DNA of 64,000 bases from Bacteroidales bacterium. Its GTDB lineage: Bacteria; Bacteroidota; Bacteroidia; Bacteroidales; GCA-2711565. Numbering within the stretch: position 1 is the first letter of the stretch; every line of letters begins with the position of its first letter. Of this stretch, positions 1-10,052 are shown piece by piece. The position numbers and the translations under genes are program-made. Under the pieces are notes generated by a model. It was not told the DNA's origin. It saw only the letters and a program-made list of their open reading frames with translations, and did no database searches. The stretch is taken from contig OY760934.1 in the NCBI GenBank assembly GCA_963664245.1, forward strand, positions 2,412,998 through 2,476,997, read 5' to 3'.

Positions 1-641
1 GCTAGTAAGCAAATTTTGGCGATTGTTTTCATGCTCGGGTTAATTTGGTTATCAAATATAATTCATTATTTCTTAGATTATATGATAAAAAGGAAGATAT
101 AAAGGATTTTTACCGGGGAAAGTAAAAAAGTAGAGCATATTGCTCCGCTAATATATTAAAATACCAACTTTTCTACATTTTAGATTTTATAACTAAATCT
201 ATGATTAATTAATTACCAAAGTACACAACTGGCTATTAGAAAACATTACAAGGAACTTAAAGATAATAAAATTAGAAGTAGTTCATATATTGACTTTATC
301 AGTTACTACAAGAAAAATTAATTTGAGGCTTATTCGTAAAGGCATCCCCAAATCCCTAGTATTTTAACCTAAAATTGAACAAAAAACAATAGTAAAAGTT
401 GGCCGTTATTATATAGACTATTTTGTAAACTATCTTTATAGAAGTTTCATATAGTTAATAGTTATAATTGCATTCTCATTTCTGCTTTTTCTAATGTTTT
501 AGGCTAACACAACTTACCTAAGCGTTTTTAATCTCTATCCTCTTAATTATAGTGAAGAAAAGGAAGATAAAACCCAGCCAGTACTTCTCGATTTCTCATT
601 AAATCTGTGATTTAAATTGTATAAAATCCCTAATAATGGGG

Positions 642-673
642 ATTGTAGTCCTTTAAAATAGCCTCTAATTTTG
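642..673 (+). promoter_or_regulatory. candidate Bacteroidota sigma-A promoter for the TonB-receptor cluster
   Basis: TAATTTTG (666-673) fits the Bacteroides -7 consensus TAnnTTTG. ATTG (642-645) lies 20 nt upstream, where the -33 TTTG element is expected. The box ends 23 nt before the ATG at 697. Confidence 0.35.
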
Positions 674-696
674 CTGTCCATTATATAATAAGTCTG

Positions 697-3459
697 ATGT
701 TAAAAGAAATATGGATTGTTGTTAGCCTGTTATTATTTATTATTACAGATGTTGAAGGTCAATTGTTAATTCGAGGGAAAATTTTAGATGAATCAACTCA
801 TTCAGCTGTCCCTTATGCTAATATTTGGCTGCCTGAAATAAAGAAGGGCACAGCTTCTGACCAGCAAGGTTTTTTCCAGTTAAAAGTCCCGGATTCAGAT
901 TCGGTTTATATACAGGTTTCATGTATTGGATATCAGCCATTAACTAAGTGTATATTCCCAAGGTATAAAAATGCGGTGTTAATACATTTAACTCCCAAGG
1001 TGCAAACAATTGCAGAGGTAGTAGTAATTGCAAAAGAAAAAGAAAGTTTGGAAACTTCTTCGGTAATTGATGAAGCTGCCCTTAGACATATACAGCCAAC
1101 CAGTTTTGCCGATTTAATGGAGTTAATTCCTGGAGGGGTATCTCAGAATATTAATATGACTAAAAGCCAGTTGCTTTCATTACGTGAGCCGATGGCAGCT
1201 TCCAATTCCAACAATACTTCTTATGATTATAACTCTTCATTCGGAACCGCTTTTCTTATTGATGGAGCACCGGTGTCAAATGATGCCGAACTTCAGGATG
1301 TGACCGGGTTTTCGGAAAGTACAACTTCTTCCCCTTTGTTTAAGCAAAATACTACCGGGAAAGGGGTTGATATGCGCTTGATAACAACCGACGATATTGA
1401 ATCTGTCGAAATTGTCCGTGGCATCCCATCTGTGAGGTACGGAGAACTGACAAGCGGTTTGGTAAAGATTAAACGTGCGTATAAAAAAACACCCTGGAAA
1501 GCTCGCTTTAAAGCAAACCCGGGAAGCAAACTTTTTGCACTTGGTAAAGGTTTTGCATTGCCTAACCATCAAACCCTGAATGTAAATATTGATTACATGT
1601 ATTACATGCCCGATCAGCGTAATTTGAAAGTGAATTATGGACGGATTACCGGATCGGTGCGTTATAAAAATAATATAGAGGGTCGTAGGGGGCTTTGGTC
1701 GCTGAAAGCTAATGTTGCCTATACCGGTTCGTTTGATGAAACCCGGATAGATCCCGAAATCGACCATCCTGAGACCGATACTTATAAAAAGGATTATAAG
1801 CAGTTTGATTTTTCTTCGGTCATCAATTGGCAAGCTTTAAATAATAGTTGCTTCAAGAAGTTTGAGTATCGTTTTTCAGGAAGTTATACCCATACCCAAA
1901 ATGCAATTACCAGACAAGTACTTGGGCGTCCTTATCCAATAACGGTTAGCCGTACAGAAGGCGAGTTTTATGGCGAATATCTTCCTTTGTCATATATGGC
2001 CGATTTTTTGCTTGATGGGAAACCGTTTTACTTTAATACCAGTTTCAATACCCTTCTAAATTTTTGTTTTTTGGGGTTAGAACATAATTTTTCTGTGGGC
2101 GGCGATTACCGGTACGAGAAAAATTTTGGCAAAGGTGAAGTCTATGATCCTACTCGTCCGCTTTATGCCGGAACCGGGCGTCCACGGGCTTCAAAAGATA
2201 TTCCTTCGATGCAAAAACTGGCATTCTTTACCGAAGATAATTTTAGTTTTTTTATTGGTGAAAACAAGTTGGAAACACAATTTGGCGTACGGGCAAATGC
2301 GGCTTTAAACTTGTCGCAAGAATATACAATTAGCAATCGGTTTTATTTTGATCCCCGCTTAAATATTTTGTTTTCCCTTCCAACTAAAAAACTCTGGGGA
2401 AAAGAATTAAAAATTGCATTTAGCGGTGGATATGGTTGGCTTACCAAATTTCCGGGATTAACACACCTATATCCCAACCTATTGTATTTTGATAAAGTAG
2501 AACTTGATTTTTATTCCAACTCTGACGAAGCTCTCAGGCAGGTTTATTATAAAACACAGATCATAGACCTAACCAACTATTCATTAAAACCCAACCGCAA
2601 TAGCAAGATTGAATTGGGGGTAAGGATCAAACTTGGGCAATGTAAATTCAATATAAACGCTTATTACGAAGAAATGAAAAGAGGGTTCAAAACCCTCAAC
2701 CGTGCAATGATCATGGAGTATAAGAAGTATGATACTGATTCCGGGCCATCTTCTTCTGAACTTACAGAACCTCCGACAATTGATATGTTTCCGTATGAGG
2801 ATAAAAAAATATTCCAATTCTATAGTCGCTTGGGGAATGGAGCGAGAGAACAAAAAAAAGGGATTGAATACCAATTTGACCTGGGACGGTTTGAAAAAAT
2901 ACAATCGAGAATATCTATCAATGGTGCCTGGATGAAAGTAAAATACGATTTGAGTGAACCGACATATGGTTATCCCTCAACAATTATAGTTGATGAACAT
3001 TACCCGTATTACGGCTATTATACATGGAATAAAGGAAAGGAGTATCAGCAATTTAATACAAACATCCGTTTTGACACCCAAATTGACAAATTGGGGCTGA
3101 TATTTTCAACAACAATTCAAAACACTTGGTACACCAGTTCTAAATATAATCCGAACAGTGGTATGCCCGAATATTATTTCGATTACGACAATAATAAATA
3201 TACCTATACTGAAGAAGATATTGATGATCCGATATTAAAGTTTTTATATGATAATAAAACTGATTTTAGAAACAAGCGTGAAGCTTATGAGGCGGAGATC
3301 AACTTTAAGGTCACAAAAAAAATCCAAAATAAGATGTGGCTGGCTTTTTATGTTAACCGCCTGATTTATATAGCCCCTGAATATAAAAATATGGATGGTC
3401 TTACCGTAAAGCGCAAAGCCTTTCCGTATTTTGGAATGGAATTTAATTTTAACCTTTAA
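697..3459 (+). CDS. TonB-dependent outer-membrane receptor with N-terminal carboxypeptidase-regulatory-like domain
   Basis: 920-aa ORF with signal peptide (MLKEIWIVVSLLLFIITDVEG). CarbopepD_reg-like segment (IRGKILDESTHSAVPYANIWL...QGFFQLKV) and plug-type motif (IESVEIVRGIPSVRYGELTSGLVKIKR). Long Tyr/Gly/Asn-rich barrel ending FGMEFNFNL. Confidence 0.88.
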   Translation: MLKEIWIVVSLLLFIITDVEGQLLIRGKILDESTHSAVPYANIWLPEIKKGTASDQQGFFQLKVPDSDSVYIQVSCIGYQPLTKCIFPRYKNAVLIHLTPKVQTIAEVVVIAKEKESLETSSVIDEAALRHIQPTSFADLMELIPGGVSQNINMTKSQLLSLREPMAASNSNNTSYDYNSSFGTAFLIDGAPVSNDAELQDVTGFSESTTSSPLFKQNTTGKGVDMRLITTDDIESVEIVRGIPSVRYGELTSGLVKIKRAYKKTPWKARFKANPGSKLFALGKGFALPNHQTLNVNIDYMYYMPDQRNLKVNYGRITGSVRYKNNIEGRRGLWSLKANVAYTGSFDETRIDPEIDHPETDTYKKDYKQFDFSSVINWQALNNSCFKKFEYRFSGSYTHTQNAITRQVLGRPYPITVSRTEGEFYGEYLPLSYMADFLLDGKPFYFNTSFNTLLNFCFLGLEHNFSVGGDYRYEKNFGKGEVYDPTRPLYAGTGRPRASKDIPSMQKLAFFTEDNFSFFIGENKLETQFGVRANAALNLSQEYTISNRFYFDPRLNILFSLPTKKLWGKELKIAFSGGYGWLTKFPGLTHLYPNLLYFDKVELDFYSNSDEALRQVYYKTQIIDLTNYSLKPNRNSKIELGVRIKLGQCKFNINAYYEEMKRGFKTLNRAMIMEYKKYDTDSGPSSSELTEPPTIDMFPYEDKKIFQFYSRLGNGAREQKKGIEYQFDLGRFEKIQSRISINGAWMKVKYDLSEPTYGYPSTIIVDEHYPYYGYYTWNKGKEYQQFNTNIRFDTQIDKLGLIFSTTIQNTWYTSSKYNPNSGMPEYYFDYDNNKYTYTEEDIDDPILKFLYDNKTDFRNKREAYEAEINFKVTKKIQNKMWLAFYVNRLIYIAPEYKNMDGLTVKRKAFPYFGMEFNFNL

Positions 3460-3474
3460 AATAATAAAATAGAA

Positions 3475-4710
3475 ATGAAAAGAACATTAATTTATTTAAC
3501 TGTAATTGCAACACTTTTTATTGTGTCTTGTAGTGACGATTCAATTTCGACCTCTGATGTGAGTTTTGATGTAAAATTCCCAGAGAGTTTAAGTGCAAAG
3601 AACCCTGTGCTAACAAGTGGCACTCTAACCCTGACAAATGTAAATACTGGTTATGTTGCCGTAAGTCAATTTTCGGGAATAAGCTTTATTTCGACTGATG
3701 TTGAAGATGGTTTGTACAATGTGAAAATTGAAGGCGAAGTTTCGTACACTACACAGGATGCAGAAGGGGCTGATGTTCAGCAAACGGCTAACGTCAGGGC
3801 TCTGGAAGAAAATGTAGGGATTCTTGGAGGAACTTTTGACCTTGATATGCAACTGGTTCTTTCTAAAGAAAGCGAAGGCTTTGTTATTTCCGAAATTCTT
3901 TTTAGCGGGACCCAAACTCCCGAAGGGAAGCAATATTCGGGAGGGGATAAATACATTGAAATTTATAACAATAGTTCGGAAGTGCTTTATGCCGATGGTT
4001 TATGTATTGCCGAAACAGCATTCAATACAGCCATGTATTTAAACCAGCTTGATCCTGACAATAGGGCAAGCAAAACTGCTGTGAGTTCGGTATACCGCAT
4101 TCCTGGGAATGGAACAGATTATCCGGTACAGCCCGGCGAAACACTATTGATTTGTGATATTGCCATTGACCACAGAACAGCAAACAGCAACTCTTTTGAC
4201 CTTTCTGCTGCTGACTTTGAATGGTATGATGATCACGAATACGATGTTGATGTCCCGGAAGTAACAAACATGGTAAAAATGGTATCAACCTCGGCATCGA
4301 TTTGGAGCCTTCACAACCGCGGGTTTAAATCTTATGTATTGTTTAAACTTGATAATGTAACGCCAGAACAGTTTGCAATCAATAATGCTTACCATTACGA
4401 CTATAAACTTATATTTGGCGGAAGTGAGTATGATATGGACGCTGATGCCTGGGAAGTTTCCAATGACATCATTATTGATGCCGTGGAATGCAGTACGCCT
4501 TCCGATTACGAATGGAAAGCTTTAAATCCTTCGCTTGACCTTACCTGGACACATAGTGGCGATGGCGACGACAGCCGTTACGGGAAAAGTGTAAAACGTA
4601 AGGTTTCATATACGGAAAATGGGCGTGTGGTACTGCTTGATACCAACGATTCTGCATTTGATTTTATCGCAACTGCCGAGCCTTCTCCCGGGAATGTGGA
4701 AACAGAATAA
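3475..4710 (+). CDS. surface lipoprotein with lamin-tail-domain-like module (DUF4876-like)
   Basis: 411-aa ORF 15 nt after the receptor, with lipoprotein signal (LFIVSC). LTD-type signature ISEILFSG...GDKYIEIYNNSSEVLYADGLCI. The DUF4876 assignment is from memory of Bacteroidota annotations and needs an HMM check. Confidence 0.8.
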   Translation: MKRTLIYLTVIATLFIVSCSDDSISTSDVSFDVKFPESLSAKNPVLTSGTLTLTNVNTGYVAVSQFSGISFISTDVEDGLYNVKIEGEVSYTTQDAEGADVQQTANVRALEENVGILGGTFDLDMQLVLSKESEGFVISEILFSGTQTPEGKQYSGGDKYIEIYNNSSEVLYADGLCIAETAFNTAMYLNQLDPDNRASKTAVSSVYRIPGNGTDYPVQPGETLLICDIAIDHRTANSNSFDLSAADFEWYDDHEYDVDVPEVTNMVKMVSTSASIWSLHNRGFKSYVLFKLDNVTPEQFAINNAYHYDYKLIFGGSEYDMDADAWEVSNDIIIDAVECSTPSDYEWKALNPSLDLTWTHSGDGDDSRYGKSVKRKVSYTENGRVVLLDTNDSAFDFIATAEPSPGNVETE

Positions 4711-4791
4711 TAAATTGATAAATACTTAAACAAACCCTTTCAAAAGAGGGGAAATAATAAAATTTATATTCATCTTTTTATAAAAAATCTC

Positions 4792-6312
4792 GTGAAACGT
4801 ATAACAATAATCTTGACCTTCTTATTATTTTGTAGTTTGACAAACGCCCAAAGGGCGGCTTCTCATCACTTTTTTAACCAGGAATTAAGGGATTATATGT
4901 TATCGTTTTTAAGCAATCCGGCATTGCAGTTTTTTAATCCCGACAGTACGTATACCGATTTGTCTCTCAATTGGAAAGAACTCAATGCCGGGGGGCTTTA
5001 TATTGTAGAAGGTGGGAATAAGCTGGAGAACATGTCTTTTAATGTCCATTCTTTTAAACGAAAAGACAGAAGCGTACTTTATGGAGGGACAAGTTATGAA
5101 AGCCAACGGAATTACAATGTTCATTGGAGCAATGTGGCCGATTACCAGCTCGTTTCCCCTTATATTATTGCCGACACTGTTGGCGGAACCTCAAAACAGG
5201 AAGTCTACTCTTTTTTGGGAGGCTTTGCTTATAGATGGAACAATAAACTTTTTGGGATTAGTGCTAAATACCGTGCTGGTAAATCATACCGGACTATTGA
5301 TCCAAGGCCTAAAAGCACAACTTCTGATTTTTCTATAAATGCGGGCTTTGCCTTTGAATCTGCTTCTTACTATCTGGGAATTAGTTTGATGTATGAGGGT
5401 TATAAACAAGAACATGGGGTTGCTATTTATCGCCCTGGTGATGGAGGTAATTCAATTTACTATATGAAGGGGCTCGGTATCAGGGGAAAGCGTTTTTCTA
5501 CGGTTATTTCAAAAGGTAGTGGTGTAAGCTGTAATTATGATTTGGATAGTTATAAATTTAGTTTACAATGGTTTCCTAAGGATGTTGGCTATTTTTCTGC
5601 AATTTATTACAAGAGAGGTAAATTAGACCTGAATGACTCTAATAGCTACAATGCTTATATTAAGAACAAACTGAATATAAATAATTATTATGCTGAATTT
5701 GGTCGGCAGTTTCTCCGATTTAGACTAAAAGCTTATGCCGGATTCCAGCAAAAAAAAGGTTTGGAATATGATTATGAGCAAGGGCAAAGTTTAGTTTATC
5801 TTAACCTTGCCCCAAGATATACTCAAAAGGAATTTTCGGGCGGACTTGTCTTTTTTGCCACTGCTGAGGATATGTTTTCAGACTGGAGTTGTTTTATAAA
5901 AGCTGGTCTTGGATATTATAAATATAAGGAAGAGTATCAACATCCAAGTCCTGAACCGAGATCATCTCAGGAATTTGAATTTCTTTCGCCTGAGTTAATG
6001 TTGGGGGCTAGCAAACAGTATGCAAAATCGTCCATAACCCTGAAGATGGCAATGCGTTACGATCATTGCTTGAGTAAAGAGTTAAATGAGCCTTCTGAGG
6101 CAATTCCCGAAGCTGTAGCTGTTCAATCTTTGGTGCTCCCCGATTTTGAATACCTTTCGGCAAAAAAGGTCTACCTGTCGCCACAGTTAAGGTACGACAT
6201 TGATTTGAAAAACAATTATGGGATTTATCTTATGCTTCAGCAATTTAGTGAATTATATATTGATGCTCGTCCCAAAACAGGATTACTTGTTGCCTTTGGC
6301 CTAACCTTGTAA
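4792..6312 (+). CDS. outer-membrane beta-barrel protein (DUF6850-like)
   Basis: 506-aa ORF whose GTG start directly precedes a signal peptide (MKRITIILTFLLFCSLTNAQ). Alternating aromatic/Gly-rich strand pattern throughout. Family name is from memory. Confidence 0.75.
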   Translation: MKRITIILTFLLFCSLTNAQRAASHHFFNQELRDYMLSFLSNPALQFFNPDSTYTDLSLNWKELNAGGLYIVEGGNKLENMSFNVHSFKRKDRSVLYGGTSYESQRNYNVHWSNVADYQLVSPYIIADTVGGTSKQEVYSFLGGFAYRWNNKLFGISAKYRAGKSYRTIDPRPKSTTSDFSINAGFAFESASYYLGISLMYEGYKQEHGVAIYRPGDGGNSIYYMKGLGIRGKRFSTVISKGSGVSCNYDLDSYKFSLQWFPKDVGYFSAIYYKRGKLDLNDSNSYNAYIKNKLNINNYYAEFGRQFLRFRLKAYAGFQQKKGLEYDYEQGQSLVYLNLAPRYTQKEFSGGLVFFATAEDMFSDWSCFIKAGLGYYKYKEEYQHPSPEPRSSQEFEFLSPELMLGASKQYAKSSITLKMAMRYDHCLSKELNEPSEAIPEAVAVQSLVLPDFEYLSAKKVYLSPQLRYDIDLKNNYGIYLMLQQFSELYIDARPKTGLLVAFGLTL

Positions 6313-6391
6313 GTGAAAAAATATTGAAACCAGGAAATAAATTATTCGATTTCTAATAAAAATATAACTAGGAAATAAGAAAATTAAACCA

Positions 6392-6931
6392 ATGAGAAAG
6401 CTTTTATTTTTTTTCGCTCTTGTGTTTTTAGCAGGAGCCTGTCAAAACAATAATAAATTAAACCGCGCTGAAAACGGGGCGGAAAAATCAGAAATGGAAC
6501 TAACTTCTTTTTCTTCGCTTGATGATTTGTTTTTACATGTGAATGAAAATTTAGATAAAACCATTAAGTTAACGGGCGTGGTTACCCATACGTGCAAGCA
6601 TTCAGGTAAACGTTGTTTTTTAGCCAATATCGATGGTAACGAAACAATAAGGATTGAAGCCAATGGCAAAATAACTGGTTTTAACCAGGAATTGGTTGGC
6701 TCAACCATAACGGTTACCGGTATTTTAAAAGAAAGGCGGCTTACGAAAGAATATATCGACCAGTGGGAGGAAAAACTGAATGAGAAAATCGCGGAAGAAG
6801 ATGGTTCGGCCGAAACCTGTGCCGCCGAAAATAATAACATCAACAAAATGCGCCAATGGATGAAAAAACATGGAAAAAATTATTATTCAATTTTTTTTAT
6901 GGAAGGGATAGATTATGATGTTGTCAGATAA
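6392..6931 (+). CDS. lipoprotein of unknown function
   Basis: 179-aa ORF with lipobox FLAGAC, same strand, 79 nt after the barrel gene. Contains Cys clusters (THTCKHSGKRC, ETCAAE). I recognise no family. Confidence 0.65.
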   Translation: MRKLLFFFALVFLAGACQNNNKLNRAENGAEKSEMELTSFSSLDDLFLHVNENLDKTIKLTGVVTHTCKHSGKRCFLANIDGNETIRIEANGKITGFNQELVGSTITVTGILKERRLTKEYIDQWEEKLNEKIAEEDGSAETCAAENNNINKMRQWMKKHGKNYYSIFFMEGIDYDVVR

Positions 6932-6947
6932 GTAAAAAAACAAAACA

Positions 6948-7484
6948 ATGAAAATTTTACGTAAGTGGGTTCGTATCTTTCATCGGGATTTGGGCTTTGT
7001 TATGACTGGTTTGTGTTTGGTGTACGGAATTTCGGGATTTGTGTTGAATCATATGGGTAAAAACAATCCTGCTTACAAAACAACAGAAGGAACCGCTTGT
7101 TTTGCTCCTAAGTTAACAACCAAAGTTTTGGAAGAAACCTGGATAAAACGGGGAAATTTGCCCAAAATAAAGCAAGTTGTAAAAATAAATGGAGATCATT
7201 ACCGCTTGCTTTTTGACGGAGGGATAGGGATTTATTCTGTTAATAATGGCATTGTTGAATATGAGCAGCACGAAAAAAAAGTAATTATTTACTACCTGAA
7301 CAAACTTCACTATAATAATGTGAAAGGGTGGACCATAATGGGGGATGTGTTTGCCATATCGCTTATCTTTTTTGCCCTATCGGGACTTATAATGGTACGA
7401 GGAAAAAAAGGAATTATGGGAAGGGGAAAATGGCTATTGCTCTTAGGGTTGCTAATCCCTTTAGTGTACGTTTTGTTAATGTAA
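6948..7484 (+). CDS. PepSY-associated TM-helix family membrane protein (short form)
   Basis: 178-aa ORF with N-terminal RKWVRIFHRDLGFVMTGLCLVYGISGFVLNH, typical of PepSY_TM proteins. There is a second TM region at the C-terminus. Confidence 0.75.
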   Translation: MKILRKWVRIFHRDLGFVMTGLCLVYGISGFVLNHMGKNNPAYKTTEGTACFAPKLTTKVLEETWIKRGNLPKIKQVVKINGDHYRLLFDGGIGIYSVNNGIVEYEQHEKKVIIYYLNKLHYNNVKGWTIMGDVFAISLIFFALSGLIMVRGKKGIMGRGKWLLLLGLLIPLVYVLLM

Positions 7485-7572
7485 AATTTTGTGTGGTTTT
7501 GGGGTATACTTTGGGGAAAACGAAAGGGAAAAAAGACTGATTTAAAATACCCCTATCTCATAAACTGTGTAA

Positions 7573-7745
7573 ATGGAAAAAGACGGTTTATTAAATGACG
7601 ATTTTCTCAATCAGTTTAAAACAGGGAGGATCATAATGATTTTTTGAAGCAACTTCAAAAGCGGGGCATTGAGAAGATGCTCGAAGGGGAACTTGATGGT
7701 TATCTGGGTTATAAAAAGAACCAGAAATCCGATAACCCCATTTCT
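7573..7745 (+). pseudogene. IS256-family (mutator-type) transposase N-terminal relic
   Basis: Two frames joined by one frameshift near 7625-7640. They read MEKDGLLNDDFLNQFKTG / DHNDFLKQLQKRGIEKMLEGELDGYLGYKKNQKSDNP, the conserved N-terminal block (..LEGELDxxLGY..) of IS256 transposases. The catalytic body is missing and a stop follows at about 7755. Confidence 0.7.
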
Positions 7746-7931
7746 GTGAGCGTATAAGTATCGAACTTATAAAATTATCATTTTTAGCTTCCAGGATTCC
7801 TCATAATTGTAATAACCTTTGAAAGGATTTCTTCGTTTTTATAGATTCTCCTATATTTCTGATGTTATTTTTCTACATTACATTTCAGTTTTTCTAATAC
7901 TTTTGCATTTTTTAAGACGAAGTTTTATAAA

Positions 7932-9152
7932 TTAAAAACAAAACTTAGCCTTTACCCAATATTCTGAGTTGTCTTGATAGTGAGAAAACATCCCTTTGTC
8001 ACCGTTGAACCAGTCATAACCAGCCATTAAGTGAATTTGGTCGGTAAGGGAATAGTCGGCAGAGAAACGTGTAAACGAGCCTTTGTTAAGCACATCGATA
8101 TAGGCATACGCCGATAGTTTTAGAGTGCTACGTAATAATGATTTTGAGACACTCATAGTTGCATAGGCAGTGTTTTGGTCGGTGGTCATTGATTCGTCAT
8201 AATTACTGATGAGTTTGTGATAATACTGTGCCATTACTGTCCATTCATTACCGGCATACCAGTCTACCCCAAGAAGAAAATAAGTAGCATTTTTTTTAAT
8301 TTTTTCGTTATTGTTGATTTCTTGGAGTTCATCGAAGTACTCTGCAATTTCGCCACGTACCACAAATTTACTGACCGGCATAGAAAAATCTATCCCCAGC
8401 ATATTTAAACGTTCGTAGTTGGCGGTAAGTTGAAGTGTGTCGTTGTTTGACGAATAACCGTAACTGAAAACCGGATTCTTATTCCATCCGTGCAATGCCG
8501 ACACTGAAAAATCAATGCCACTTAGAAAAAATGAAAAACGTCCGCCAAATTCACTGTTTTTCAGTGTATGTTTAGGCGTGTTATCCATATTTTTCACATA
8601 AGGCATTGTAAACAAATTGGTAATTGACCACGGATTGTCTTCATCAACTGGCAATACAAAAAACTCGGAGATTGGTATAAAAATCAAATCGAGGTTGTAG
8701 CTTGGTTTCACATATTTTAATCGAAACGCATTAACAGGAATACGAATATCATCGTAATCACGTGCCAGAAATTCGGTATAATCCATTGGTGATATAATGT
8801 CGGTAATACGCATTCCATCGGCTACGCCCCAAATCACAATTTGCTTTCCTACTTTAAAATCCCAATTGTTGGTGGTGTATTGAAAAAATGCTTCACGAAG
8901 TTCAATTTTAGTTTGGTCTTCGACAATGTTGTTATATACTGAATTAAGCGAAGCAAACATATACGATTTTCCTTTGCGTGTCTCAAACTCGGTACGTAAA
9001 CGACTACGCGAACTCATAAAATCATTCGGACTTTTGCTTCGCACAGCGTGATAGGTATCGACAAAACCGCTGAATTTGTAATTGATATTATCTTGTGCGG
9101 TTGCAGTAACGGTAATAAAGAGAAAGAGTATGATGTAATTTAATGTTTTCAT
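7932..9152 (-). CDS. outer-membrane beta-barrel protein (DUF1302-like)
   Basis: 406-aa ORF with signal peptide ending TATAQ. Motif REAFFQY..WDFKVGKQIVIWGVADGMRITDIISP resembles the DUF1302 barrel family (from memory). C-terminal aromatic residue (KAKFCF). Confidence 0.8.
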   Translation of the reverse strand: MKTLNYIILFLFITVTATAQDNINYKFSGFVDTYHAVRSKSPNDFMSSRSRLRTEFETRKGKSYMFASLNSVYNNIVEDQTKIELREAFFQYTTNNWDFKVGKQIVIWGVADGMRITDIISPMDYTEFLARDYDDIRIPVNAFRLKYVKPSYNLDLIFIPISEFFVLPVDEDNPWSITNLFTMPYVKNMDNTPKHTLKNSEFGGRFSFFLSGIDFSVSALHGWNKNPVFSYGYSSNNDTLQLTANYERLNMLGIDFSMPVSKFVVRGEIAEYFDELQEINNNEKIKKNATYFLLGVDWYAGNEWTVMAQYYHKLISNYDESMTTDQNTAYATMSVSKSLLRSTLKLSAYAYIDVLNKGSFTRFSADYSLTDQIHLMAGYDWFNGDKGMFSHYQDNSEYWVKAKFCF

Positions 9153-9160
9153 TTTTTATT

Positions 9161-9190
9161 TTTTGCTATTGGCGATTAGATAACTGCCAC
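9161..9190 (-). repeat. spacer element 1 (TTTGCTATTGGCGATT...TGCCAC)
   Basis: + strand ttttgctattggcgattagataactgccac. It shares GCTRTTGGCGATT with the element at 13626 and TTGGCN-N10-TGCCA with the others. In mRNA sense, GCCAATAGC starts 21 nt before the barrel gene ATG. Confidence 0.55.
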
Positions 9191-9984
9191 TAAAGCCCTC
9201 CTTTCTCCAACTTTGCGACAGTAAATGCACTTTCGTCAATATTGATGTTATATTTCGGATTTTCAATGGAAATGACAGTTTCGTGATTGGTTTGCAGGTT
9301 TTTCATATCCATTTTTTGAGCTATCCAAAAGCCATCCACTTGATTGATATTTGACATTTTTAATGTTCTATGTAATTTGCCCAATTTATCGTAATATTCT
9401 ACTTGAACAGCAATAAGACAATCTTGACGTATCCACGAAATCTTTTTTGAGAAAATATCTCGACTGTCTTTTGAGGTTGATTCAAGAACCCAACATTTAT
9501 AACCATCAACTGTTTCTTCACGAAGGAGTTTGTGCTCATCTTCGTCAATGTTACGGCTACCCATATCATCGTAAGTAAAATCAGTACCCATAAAGTAGTC
9601 TTTCTTTGCTGATGCACCACTGATACGGCGTGTTTTCATCATCGCAGGCAGATACAACCATTTATCATCGTCTTTTCCTATTTCATCGTAATCCCAAGTC
9701 AAGAAACCTGTACCTTTTACATCTCCCGGATACTGGAAAAACATCAATGTCTTTTTATCTTTCATGTTTTTCCCGTAATCCATTGAGTACGAAATTACTT
9801 TGCGTTCGCGTACACTTCCTCGTTTGTTAATTAGTTTCATCGTCATTTCCGATGTACGTGTGTCGCCATCGGCACGGTCTTTTATTTTTTGTGCGATATC
9901 GCGTCCTGTTAATGTTTGAGCATTGATGCCCGTTGCTATTATTATTAAAATAGCTAATAATGTTGTAATTTTTAATATTTTCAT
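9190..9984 (-). CDS. outer-membrane lipoprotein-sorting (LolA-like) protein
   Basis: 264-aa ORF with signal peptide. Motifs [56 protein letters not shown] and [11 protein letters not shown] match the LolA_like/DUF1329-type family as I remember it. Confidence 0.85.
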   Translation of the reverse strand: MKILKITTLLAILIIIATGINAQTLTGRDIAQKIKDRADGDTRTSEMTMKLINKRGSVRERKVISYSMDYGKNMKDKKTLMFFQYPGDVKGTGFLTWDYDEIGKDDDKWLYLPAMMKTRRISGASAKKDYFMGTDFTYDDMGSRNIDEDEHKLLREETVDGYKCWVLESTSKDSRDIFSKKISWIRQDCLIAVQVEYYDKLGKLHRTLKMSNINQVDGFWIAQKMDMKNLQTNHETVISIENPKYNINIDESAFTVAKLEKGGL

Positions 9985-9998
9985 TTTTCTATATTTTA

Positions 9999-10021
9999 AG
10001 CTATTGGCACTTAGCTGCCAA
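9999..10021 (-). repeat. spacer element 2a (AGCTATTGGCA-cttagc-TGCCAA hairpin)
   Basis: Perfect 6-bp inverted repeat TTGGCA (10004-10009) / TGCCAA (10016-10021) with a 6-nt loop, preceded by AGCTA. In mRNA sense, GCCAATAGC starts 24 nt before the LolA-like ATG. Confidence 0.6.
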
Positions 10022-10052
10022 GAGCGATTTGTGTTTTTTTGTATTGTTTATG

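Noticed and set aside
1-105. Frame +1 is open from the window edge for 34 codons (ASKQILAIVFMLGLIWLSNIIHYFLDYMIKRKI*). It could be the C-terminal TM tail of an upstream gene.
   Set aside because: It is too short and has no recognisable motif. An open frame of this length can arise by chance, so it is not reported as a feature.
106-696. I looked for a cobalamin, TPP or other riboswitch in front of the TonB-dependent receptor.
   Set aside because: No B12-box-like (GCCACTG-type) or other conserved GC-rich core is visible. The region is almost uniformly AT-rich. Rfam scanning would be needed to be sure.
1276-1833. Nested or antisense ORFs from the six-frame track lie inside well-supported genes. 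Examples: 1276-1833, 10388-10636, 11894-12484, 16711-17049, 27656-28081, 30069-30494, 41618-42161, 49706-50356, 55199-55645, 62421-62768.
   Set aside because: Each lies wholly within a longer ORF with clear family motifs on the other strand or frame. Their translations are low-complexity with no motifs, which is typical of shadow ORFs.
10004-10021. TTGGCActtagcTGCCAA and related spacer elements resemble a sigma-54 -24/-12 promoter (TGGCAC-N5-TTGC).
   Set aside because: The GG-to-GC spacing is one nucleotide short, and TTGC is replaced by TGCC. The other copies have 10-12-nt spacers, so the sigma-54 reading does not hold across the family.
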